Shown here piece by piece: positions 28,101-40,100 of a DNA stretch of 64,000 nucleotides; the stretch's first letter is position 1; each line of letters starts with the position of its first letter. The stretch is from Phoronis australis (taxonomy: Eukaryota; Animalia; Phoronida). The stretch covers positions 1 through 64,000 of the forward strand of contig NMRA01000913.1 of the NCBI GenBank assembly GCA_002633005.1. The letters run 5' to 3'. The notes beneath the pieces are model-generated. The model saw only the letters and a program-made list of their open reading frames with translations. It was not told where the DNA came from and made no database searches. The position numbers were made by a program, and so were the translations under genes.

Positions 28101-31100
28101 CTCAGTCATGGCTGTTCATTGTCAGGGTAAAATTATTTTGTGCAACAGGCTGTGGTTTATTTGTGGAATAGTTGACATGCAAAGCACTCATAACTAATTG
28201 TAATTTATCTCCATTTAATGGTTAATACCTATTACAGTGTGTATTTGATCACTAGATGAGCTTAGTGGCCTGGCACCAGCACAGCTGGTGTATTGCAACA
28301 GGCATTAGGCCACAAAATAGTTCTTGAATAATGTTCAGGGGAACGACATCAGCGTGTAACCGTTCAAAAATAGGAGTGGGAAAAGTGAAATAGAGTAGAA
28401 AATTGACCTCAGTTGTGTGAGCACTGAGCACACATTTGGCTTTTTTGGTCACTACAGTTGTGGGAACCGGATTTCCAGCTGCAGACCCGGCAGTTGTGTG
28501 CTCTGTTTTCCACGACCTGTTTTGAGAAATTGTGTGTCCTCTTCCTCATCTAAATTTTTGAAGTAAAGGAATGAAGCCCTGGTGACCCTGCAGATCTTGT
28601 GGTTAACTGCTGAGCAAGTCACCCATGCCATTTGAAATTGAAGTACGTAGTCTGGAAGTTGAAGAGATTCCAAGTTCCCATCAGGCTAGTTGATTATGTT
28701 GAGGTAAAATGTGTGTTCTCTAACTGATACATGTATTTGAGTAGCTAAGTTTGAAATTTCAACTAGTAGACAATATGTTTTGACAAAATACCCGCCAAAA
28801 TTCCAGGTCTGACACCAACCACATGGTCAAAAAGTAGTTGAAGATGCAAGCAACGTAAACAAAGCGCAAACTCCGTCCATTTGTTCACGCTGTTCAAACT
28901 TTTATGATTTGAACCACTAGAAAAACCTCAAAAAACTTTCATGAAGCATTGTGTGCTATGAAGTCGAATGATGTATTTATGCGTGAGTTTCATGGAATGC
29001 AAGTTTTACAAGAAAGGGAACATCTAAGACTTGTGTCTAATTTTGGTTATGTATTCAATAACTAATTTTACATGGAATAAATAGCCATTAAATACTTTGA
29101 TTTTGTGCAGAAATAAATTGTTGTTTGATTCGTGTTTACTCCTGTGGTATTAAAAATATGTCAAATATGGAAAAAATAGGCTAGTCCCAAAATGTCCCCT
29201 GAACCTGACCTTTGCTTGCTAATGACCCTAAATATGTGCCCTAGTGGTATGGGAAAATAGGTCAGCCACAAGATGTCGTGTATAGTATCTCTTACTTTGG
29301 CTTCAAATGTGAAATAGACTCGGACAGCTTGGCTTCTACAGTGCGAGAAAATTGTGGTTCCTCCGAAGAATAAATTTCTTGAATTGTATGAGAGGCTATT
29401 CATATATGCACTGTAGGAAACACTATCAAGATGTTGTCCCTAACAACCAGCCTTGTTGTGGATTCTGAATTTCGACTGAAATGTTCGAAAACATGAGTGG
29501 AAAGATAGAAATACAAGTAAAATATTGGCCTCGCTAACACGAGTGCTGAGCTGATGTCTGGCGCTTTTTATTATTTGGTATTAATAGCCACTTTTTATGA
29601 GTCCATACTCAGTTATGCGAATGGCAAATATGTTGTTGGTCATGTTTTGGACCGGCCTTTTTTCCGTCTGCTAAGCGCTGATGTTTGTTTTGTGATTTGT
29701 TATCCTTTCTTAGTTTTTGCGTTGAGGAATTGTCCCTCTCACCCCATGTGCTGCGCTCTGTTGTGACCAGTTCTATGTGTTTTGTATTATACTGATGACC
29801 CTTCAGTAAGACTTGTGGCATTGTGCTGTTCATTCTGTGTTGATCAGTTCTCTTTGTTGTGTATTCCACCGGTGACAGAAAAGGAACGTCCCCAATTACA
29901 AGGTGAGAACTCTACTTTGTCCTGCGTGTGACCTAGTTTTGGAAATCAGCCACATTTTCGTGTTTCTCATTGGTTTTTGGAGGTGAAAAATTTCAGATCT
30001 GGCATCCCCATTTATCAAACTTTCTCACGTCGGGACTTACAGCCCACAACACAGCAGGAATTCTTTGTTGGCATTGGAAGGAGGAGTAGAGTAATGCAAC
30101 TGAGAAAAACTTGTAAAGAATCAGACGACACGAAAACGAGGTAGCAGATGTGTCTGCGGATGTTTATGGAATTGTGGGTAAATACTTCGAGATTCGAGTG
30201 TGCTGTGCAATCTGAGACGGCCCTGTTCAGTCGAACTTGTGGTATTGTGCTGTTTATTCTGTTTTGATCAGTTCTCTGTGTTGTATATTCCACAGATCAG
30301 TCTTGGGGGACACGAGGACAAGGTGTTCAATTGTCATATTCAGGAGATGACCCCAAACAAAGGACCTGTCACCGTGTTCATCGAGGAGCTGGCTGAGAAG
30401 TAAGTCTTGTTAGATCACACGTCTGATGCTTTATTTCACTTAGAAATATCAATCTTTCCTTACTATATTTACAGCCTCAAAATTTGAAACATAGCACCGC
30501 TGAATGAACTCCAAAATAAAACATGTAAATTTAAAGATATGCAGTTGGGGTCATTTAATCCCGCATCATTTTGTGAATGGAGAAAGGTCATCCCTAACTC
30601 AGCTTCGCTGCTGCACACACGCTCAGTTTGACCTTTTAATGACCTGTTTCCAAGTTGTTACTTACTATTTTTTGATAAACTTGTCCAGTTTACACATAGT
30701 ATTTCTAACAACTATATTTAAATGATTATTTAAACAAAACATGGCAACAAAAGCAATCACTTGGCTCAAATTAATCATTTTTACAGTTCACCTTTTTCTG
30801 AAGTTTTCATTCATCAATTCCGTGGCTAAATGTCAGCTTGAAATGTAAATCTTTTTCCACCCAGACAAAGAAATTGAATTTGTGTACTGGACTATGGTCG
30901 ATGTATTTTGGCCCATTCACTACCTGAGATGATGCGTTGAATTGGTTTGCTCAATAGTTTAGCTTGCACATTTCATGAAGTGTAGACAGCTGTAATGTGT
31001 ATTATGTGTTTGTATTTTTGTGTGTTTTTATTTCATTCATAATGTTTTTCATTACATAGCTAGTATTGTTGCATTTAATGCATGTCAAGGTCTACCATTT

Positions 31101-34100
31101 TGTAATGGATTATTGTGAAAATTTGCAAATTTGAGATATTCCCTAAAATTTGGGACACTAAAACTCCCAGAAAATCGAATTCTCGTGATTAGTGGTATTT
31201 GGGTCAAGGGAGATTTTTGCGTTTGCCATGTTTCTTAAATTTTGGGCCATGTTTTCATTCTACAGTAATTTTTCCATCTTTCCGGTGATTGTAATTTTGA
31301 CGGCCAATGTTGCCTTTTCTGGAATTTGGGACAAGCTCCAACCTTGAGCAAAATAAGTAATTTTTCTCCGTCTCAAAATGGAGATTGATTACCATAGTCA
31401 AGTTTTAGTTAAAAAATTTAAAAAGCATGTTTCCTGGCTTTTATTCATGTCTCACATACAAACAAATACACTCATACCTAATGTTAACATTTTGGAGGAC
31501 CCTTAAAAAGTCCAAGTTGGCCTAAATTTGGAATGTTATATCTCAGAAATGACTCGTTTTGTACTCATGAAACTGTCAGATAATATGCTTTATATGCTGT
31601 GTGTCAAAACTGTTAACAAGTGTTTTTAAAATATTCCACTTTTGCCTGAGGGGCTATCATATACAGGATTTTTATCATAAAACGAAAACGAAAACAAAAT
31701 GTTTTATACCCGTCATATATCCTGCAATGGAGGTAAACTATGTGTCAACAAAGCTCCATTCTCGATGTAGAAAGGAAAGATATGTTGGTGAATTTGGTTA
31801 TTTATGATGGTGTAACAATGTAAATAATACAAACACAGTCTGTGGATGGATGGGTATAGATAGACTGCCACAAGAATTGTCATATGATAGAAAACTGAAC
31901 TCTGTAATAAAGTTGAATCACATTATTGATACTGTTGTTTTGCTGTCAGTGTATCTTTGGTTTATGCTGAACTTTGCTGACAATACAATGGTTAAATGAC
32001 TCCATTAATGGCAGCTTGGTAAATAGTCAAAAATTAAAATCCATAGGTAATCCTTTAGCTATTTCAAAATCATGGACATGATTGATTTTTTTCCAAATTA
32101 TCAAAAGATAATTTTCACTGTGAATAGTGGAAATGCGTAGCTAATTATACAAGTGTTGCAGTAATATCTCTGCCTGTTACCTTTGTTGTCACACCTGTTT
32201 CACAACATTATGTGCCAGATATACATGTCTGTCTGCCAGGCAGATGTTGACACACCTAGTGTCAGACAACGCTGGTTGAGTGATGAGAAATGATCATGCT
32301 TCTTATAATTCTGAGGGCATCCTAGAGGGACAGACCAAGCTGAGCTGTCTGCCTCAAGTGAGCCGACAACTTACCCAAAGCGAGACCAATTCAACATGGT
32401 AGTCAAATGTTCACACCGTTGGTACTGTCAGCGATCAGGTGTGGTTCAGTTGAGGCAGACAGCTCAGCTGATAGGAGCTAGTATGACGTGCTAGCACTAT
32501 ATATTCCAAAAGTGCTCCTCGTGACACTCAATGGACATTTCTTGCACTTGATCACCTTTGACCTCATTCTTTTTGGTTCATCCAGCTGAGTATCTAAGTT
32601 TACCTTAAATCCTAAAGATGACTGCAGCGCCTCTAGTAGAATTAATGCAAGAGTTGTCTCTAGTCAATAAGTTGAATGATGAATTTGAAAAAAAATGCAG
32701 ACTCCAAAGTTGCTCCCCTCCTGATGACCAAAAACATTTGGATTTTTGTTGGATAATTGTTAATGATTTGCATAAATTGATTGAGTCTAGCTTAAGAATA
32801 ATTGTAATAAGCTTAAGTTTGACTCTTAATTAGATAATTAGATCACGACTCGCAAATCTGTATGTCAATCAATTAGCTAATGCAGCGCTTGCTGTTTAAA
32901 CCAATAAATTTGCAAAGTCTAACTTGGCAATTGTGCATCATTTTTAAAAATGGACCACTTGAAATATAATATCAGTTGAGACTTGAGTCATAATTTGATT
33001 TACGAATGCATATGAAAGTTGTGGTGTGGTATAATATCACGAATTCTGGACAAAAGTCAAACTGAAAAAATCGCCATTTTTTCATTTTCAAAGGCTTTTA
33101 ACATTGTTACCAACTATGGCCATTATTTGTCTAATACTGCCGAATAGTACTGTAACTGTGATATAGTAGCTGGGGTACAGTAGCTGGGGAACTTAAGTTG
33201 GGGTACTGTAGCTTGGGGTACTGTAGCTTGGGGTACAGTAGTTGGGGTACTGTAGCTGGGGTACTCTAGCTGGGGTACAGTACTGGGGACCAGTAGCTGG
33301 GGTACACAGGGCTTGGAATTTTCCGCGGAAACGCGGATTTCCGCTTTTTTCAAATGTTCTGTCTGCGCATTTTATTATATTTCCGCGTAAAAAAAAAAAA
33401 TTGGATTTGATATAAAATTTCCGCGGCAAATTCCTTTCTTACCGCGGCGTTGCCGACGGCGTTCACCTCGAAAAGCAGAAGTTGCTCTTTATGTTTCGGA
33501 GGAACGTAAATTGTCAACATTGCCGGGGCATCTGGGATAGCGTGGTGGGATTTTCAATGGCGTCTCGTGTTATTGTAAACCGCGGTGACAAATACTACGG
33601 CCCTGCAGCCAAAAATGTGTGGGGGTGGGAGTGGAGGAGTGGATGGATGAGATAAAAAGACGCAGACGCATGCTACTGATGGTGGTAACGTTTTTTTTTT
33701 TTAGTCCTACCGATTTTTGTCGGCGAAAGGTTTACATCGACTATTTCAAGGCTGGGTAGCACGCATGTTTTGGGCCATAAAAGTTTCCGCGTTTTTTGTC
33801 ATTGGTCATTCCAAGCCCTGGGTACAGTACTGGAGTACAGTAGCTGGGGTACAGTACTGGGGTACAGTAGCTGGGTTACAGTAGCTGGGGAACTTTAGTT
33901 GGGGTATAGTAGCTGGGGTACAGTGGTTGGGGTACAGTACTGGGGTACAGTAGCTGAGGTACTGTATCTTGGGTACAGTACTGGGGTACCATAGCTGGGA
34001 TGCTGAAGCTGGGGTGCTGTAGCTGGGGTGCTGTAGCTGGGGTACTGTAGCTGGGTTACAGCATAGACAAGTGTTACCTTAGTGCTACTTATAAGAGTTA

Positions 34101-37100
34101 GAAATTGAAATTTCATTTTTCCGCCATATTGTGTCCTAAAACCATCTAGTTGATATGATTCATATCAACTCCATTTTCATAATGAAAATTGAGAAAATAA
34201 TGTGTTCAGTGATTGCGAAAGGTGGTTCACGGTGATAACCACATGGTTTTACTAATAAAAAGGTGAATTATAGGTCACATACAATATATTTAGTGAAAAT
34301 ATTAAGACCAGTGTAGTCAAGTTTTCTTATGTGTATAGGAAAGAAGTTTAGAAAGAATGTTTACGAGTTGTAAGATGCCTAGAGAGAAGTGGTTTCTCAA
34401 CAAAGCTATTCTCCCAGTTTTGAATTAATTGTGGAGGTATCAAAATATGTCTCATTTGCTAATTCCTAGAAATTTTTATTTTATACCAAGAGTTACAGTC
34501 TATTTTCTTTTTATGCGCCCACATATTTATATGTGGACGCATTATGCCGTCATCTCTGTCCGTCCGTCCGGCCGTCCGTCCGTCCGGGCGGCGTCCGTCC
34601 GGCGTCCGCTGCTCTATCTCCAAAACCCTTTGACATACATTCATGAAATTTGGCACATATGTTCCATTCATGAATGGGACGGCATGTGCGAACTTTCGGA
34701 TGGATCCGACTACCGGTGTGCCCCCTAGTGGCAATTTTAGTTTTTTACGCTTACCTTTGTATCTTCAAAAGTCCTGAACGGATTTTCATGAAATTTGGTA
34801 TGTAGGCACCTAGTAGTGAGATGACGCTATCCTGCCGTTTTCGGATGGATTCGACATAGTTTGCGCCACCTAGTGGCCATTTTTACTGTTTTCGAGTCTG
34901 TTTTTGTGCTTCCACCCCTCTATCAACCAAACCGCTCAAAGGATGATTGTGAAAATTGGCATGTATATGCTTACTATGTAGAGGATGGTTGACGATGATT
35001 TTCCGACGATTTCGACTACTGTGGCGCCTCCTAGTGGCAGTTTTGTTTTTTTGCGCCTATGGCTGTATCTCCTAAACCGTTCGCAGGATCTTTACAAATT
35101 GTGTAAGTATATTTATATGATGTTAACAACGGAAGATGACGACTTTTGGTCGGATCCGACTACCGGTGTGCCCCCTAGTGGCAATTTTAGTTTTTTACGC
35201 TTACCTTTGTATCTTCAAAAGTATTGAACGGATTTTCATGAAATTTGGTATGTAGGCACCTATTAGTGAGATGACGCTATCCTACTGTTTTCAGATGGAT
35301 TCGACGTAGTTTGCGCCACCTAGTGGCCATTTTTACTGTTTTCGAGTCTGTATTTTTGCGTCCACCCCTCTATCAACCAAACCGCTCAAAGGATGATTGT
35401 GAAAATTGGCGTGTATGTGCTTACTATAAGGAAGACAGCTGACAATGATTTTCAGACGATTTGGACTACTGTGGCGCCTCCTAGTGGCAGTTTTGTTTTT
35501 TTGCGCCCATGGCTGTATCTCCCAAACCGTTTGCAGGATCTTTACTAAATTTAGCAAGTGTATTTATGTGATGTTGACAACGGACGATGACGACTTTAGG
35601 ATGATTCTGATTACCGGTATGCCTCTAGTGGCAATTTTAGTATTTGCCTCTAGTGGCAATTTTAGTATTTTACATTGACCTCTGTATTTTCATAGGTCTT
35701 CAGGTGTATACTTTGTGTTACTTCGTGACTGTGAAGGAAAAGTTCCAAGTAGAAATTTGTTTCTGGCATTCTAATGCTGTGCTAATCTCGTATGTTGGTA
35801 AATTTGTTTTTAATTCTATGTTTCTGTGGTGCTTTAAGCAACTGGTGTATAGGATGTGCTTGTATTATGAAGATTACTCACATTTTGCCCCTAGCCTATT
35901 GAGGAGACAATGACCATGCCTTTCCATTTTGCAAAGTATGCCCTCTACTGGCCACTTTATGGTACCAATAAACAACCCTAGAAGGATACCGTATGCGGTG
36001 CAATTGTGGGCGCATTTCAACGCTCCGCGTTGCTCTTGTTTCTATTGACGTCTTAGTTCATTATTTTGTATACATATTGTAATGCTATAGTTGTTGTCTC
36101 ATATTTTTTCAGATTTAGAAATTTGATCATTAAGAATTTGCATTGAAAAAGCTGGGTTAAGTTTGTAAGGTGTATTGGAGGCTTGGTCTTGCGTAAGCTG
36201 CATTGTCTGAGTTTTTTGTTTTTTATGAACAAGGTGCTTCTCTGTTTGCAGACACTGTGTCCCCTACGATCGCCTGAGACCTTTACCTCAAGTTCACCAT
36301 CATGGTAAGAGTTTTTAATAATTGAGCATCTTTTTATTGTCTGTATTTGTTGACAATGCTCCATACGTACAGTATTGTGAATGGCCTTGGGCGTGCTCCA
36401 TGTGCATGCATTCTTAGTAATCAGTCAAGGGAGACGTTTATCTTTAGTTTGATTTAGTATTGAATGTTGTTGAGTATTTGATACTTATGTGGTTTATTTG
36501 TTTGAAGTGCTTTAAAGTTTTCTAATGCATTGAATGAGATTTTCACTGTTAACCTATGGCAGGGCGGTCATGCCATATTGTGTATTATACGGATGAATAT
36601 TGACAGTGTAATGTTGGGGTGTGAATGTCTTCAGGTTGTTGGGTGAACTACAAGCGTGGTAGTGGTGGTTTTTACATGAAGCCACCACTCGCCGAGTTTG
36701 AAGACGGACATCAAGGCAAGCGCAAGTCTAAGAGGAAACCTAAGGTACTGATGTTATCTTGACTATAACGATTTATTTTAAAAAATCTTAGCATGTTTGT
36801 GCGTGTGTGGTGTTGTGTAACTTGTAACACCTGTGAAATTGTTGTTCTCCCCGCATATCTCCATCAATCATTTAACATTCAAGTTGCTTCGTATCTTTCG
36901 GTCTTTATTATCCATTATCATTTGAATTCTCCCTTAAACTTAGTTTGAGCAACCATTGTTATTCAGCTGAATACCTTGTCTAAAAATTGTTTATTTATCT
37001 AAAACTGCATTTCAGTTGTTTGAAAAATCAAACAAATTGAGCTTAAACTTCATCTTTGTAAGTTAATTTGTAAGACTTCTTTACCAAAAATAAATGGTGC

Positions 37101-40100
37101 TTTATTCAACCAAAAGTGCACACCATATTTCCAAGAGTCACTATAATTGCCTGTATGGTCTTTGCAGGACCTCACAAGTATCATGTCAATCCCTCCTCAC
37201 CTACAGCAGCATGAGGGCACCCCACCTTTGGGTCGTGGGACCTTCTGTGGCCCCACTAGGGGGCAGCATCATCAGCAGATGACCATGAGGTTCCAGCATG
37301 GTGATGGCTCAACTCGATTCCGCAGCATTATTAATTCAGCGGGACACCCTGTTAAATCCTGGTTACACGATAAGTACGTGACATGTTGATTGAGGGTTTA
37401 CTGGCTTAAGTCATAGTATTGTGTTGATTGAGGGTTTACTGGCTCAAGTCACAGTATTGTGTTAATTGGGGTTTACTGGCTCAAGTCACAGTATTGTGTT
37501 GATTGAGGGTTTACTGGCTCAAGTCACAGTATTTGTACACGCATGTTTTCTTTCTTATATAACACTATTGAAGAATTAATCATATTCAAAAAAAATTTCA
37601 AAAAATAATTGCAGGCGGTCTGGTACACTCATGGGTCTAGCAGTGTGGCCCAGTAAAACTCGAACCCACGACCTCGAGTAAAGAAGGCGGGCACCTATCG
37701 CACTAGGCCACACTGCCTCCTCAATCACATTTGAATACGTTGAGGTCACATATGACATTTGGCTTACGAAATATGCCTCACATGCCTTAATCAGTGAATG
37801 AGTGAATGAGTGGATGAGTGAATGGCACAATATTTGTGGTGGATAACTGCTGATAAAAACCACACTTTCAATAACTGTGAAAATAACAATCATTCAGGTA
37901 AGGAGGCTCATTGTGACAAATGCTATGACTTTTCACTACTGAAGTCTTAATGTTCATTTCTTGCTTTGATTATAATGTAACTGCTGGTGACCTAGTATGG
38001 TTGCTGGTCAATGTATATTTTATGGGTTGAACAAAATATTGTATCCTGACAATGTCCACATTTGGCTTAACGCGCATCCCAAAATGGTCGACAATTTCAC
38101 TTTAATATGTAGTCCATACTTTTATACTGTTTGTTAAATTACATTTTTGAATGGCCATATTTTGTTGGAGTTGATTTTTTAATTTGTCTGTTTGAATGTA
38201 GTTTTAACTCCAAAAGATGCAGTAAATCATGTAAGGGTCATTTCTCTGAAAATAGCATTTTTACCTAAATTGTGTAATAGGTCTTCAATTGCAAGTTACA
38301 ACTTTTTTAAAGAAAACTACAATTGTTATATATCCAAGGAGTCCAGTTATATGTAATATATTTTTCAGTTAAAGTCAAGTTATTTTTAATTATTAAGCTG
38401 ATTAAGTGCTCTTGGTCAAAGTGAGGCAAGATTTGTCTTTTTTCATTAACTGCATTTTAAATTAATTAATTGTACCATAGTTTATAAACCCATTGTTTTT
38501 AAATCAAACAGCTATACATATCTGTTGACGTGGACAACTCTGGCATAATAGAAATATTTCTTGACATTTCCTGCCTGCACTCTTTTCACAAGTCAGATCT
38601 TGTACATGTATCTTGTATAATGTATCTTGTATTATGTATCTTGTATATGTATCTTGTTTGGTGGTAGGTATTCTCATATGTGATGGTGTGCATAGAATTG
38701 TAGTTTTTATGGAGGGCAGATATCCAGTGGCGCTTGTAAGGGAAGATTTCACGCTCAACTAAAGGAGTAATGCTGGTCTGATGGCCAGTATTAGAAAGCA
38801 ACAACTGCTCTATACTTTCTGTTTTCCTAGATAACTTTAACGTGCACTGTAGAGGAACGAGCATTGTCCATCACTTGTTCAGGTACTATCTGGCCTCCAT
38901 CTCTCGTGTAATTTTCTATTCCCTGCTTGCAGTAGATTTAGACCCCCTTTCATCACTGTTCCTCCTCAAAACGTGGCTGTGCCTACATCACCCATGCCAG
39001 ACATTCCATGTCAACCTGGTAGACCTGACTTCCAGTTCCCATCAGGTCCTGCCTCTGGTAGACAAGAGATCAACTACCCTCTCATCTCTGCCTCTAGTAG
39101 AGGAGAGTTCTTTCCTCCATCTTTTGTGACCAGCAAGCCACGACCCTGTCCCATCCACCACAGGTAAAATGCATAATTACATGTTTAGCTGCTAATTGAT
39201 CTCCATTAACCTTTCCTCTTGTACTCTTGTAGTTTAGCCACAGTGATTTCTAATTTAGTTTTTCAATTGGGGTGTAACTGAGTCCTGGCCACTGCTATAA
39301 ACTATGGAGTAATTGTTGAAACTTAAATCTGTGACCAACAGACACCAAGCCCATATACACAAACCCTTGGTGACCGGCAGACACCAAGCCCACATAGTAC
39401 CACAGGTGTCCTCAGCTTCTAACCATACCCAATACACTATATAGAATACTACAAGGTATTACATGCACTCCGGATTAGAAATTCCACAGGTTTTAAGCTT
39501 TAGTCGTCCATAGCAAACACAAAACTCAATAAAGTTACACAAAATTGGTTCAACAAACCATGAGGAATTTTTCTTTCTCCCAATACCAATTAAGATGTCC
39601 TGCTCTACCAAGCTCGCAACAAATTCACGGTCAAAGCACAAAAATCTTCGCAAAAGTCTCTGTGTACTATCAATATGCTACTCGGAAATTGCTGGTTTGT
39701 CACGGAAGGTCACGACATCAATAACCATTTCGTATCCTTCCGTGATGAACCGGCAAATTGCCATCCATTGGTAACTCATCGGATTATTTCGTACCCTATT
39801 TAACCTATTTGACTCAAGTGAAGCATATTGATAGTACGCAGTGACTTTTTGGGAAGATACTTGTGCTTTGACTGCGAATTTGTTGTGAACACTGTGTAGA
39901 GCAGGACATCGTAAATAGTATTGGGAGAAAGAACAGTTCCTCATGGTTTGTTGAACCTCTGTTTTGTGCAAATTTATTGAGTTTTGTGCTTGCTAGCGAC
40001 GGCTGAAGTGAAGCACCCATGGAATTTCTTAAGTCCGGAGTGTCATACCTTTTAGTATATATTATATTTATAGTGTGTTGGGGACGATCAGAAGCTGAAG

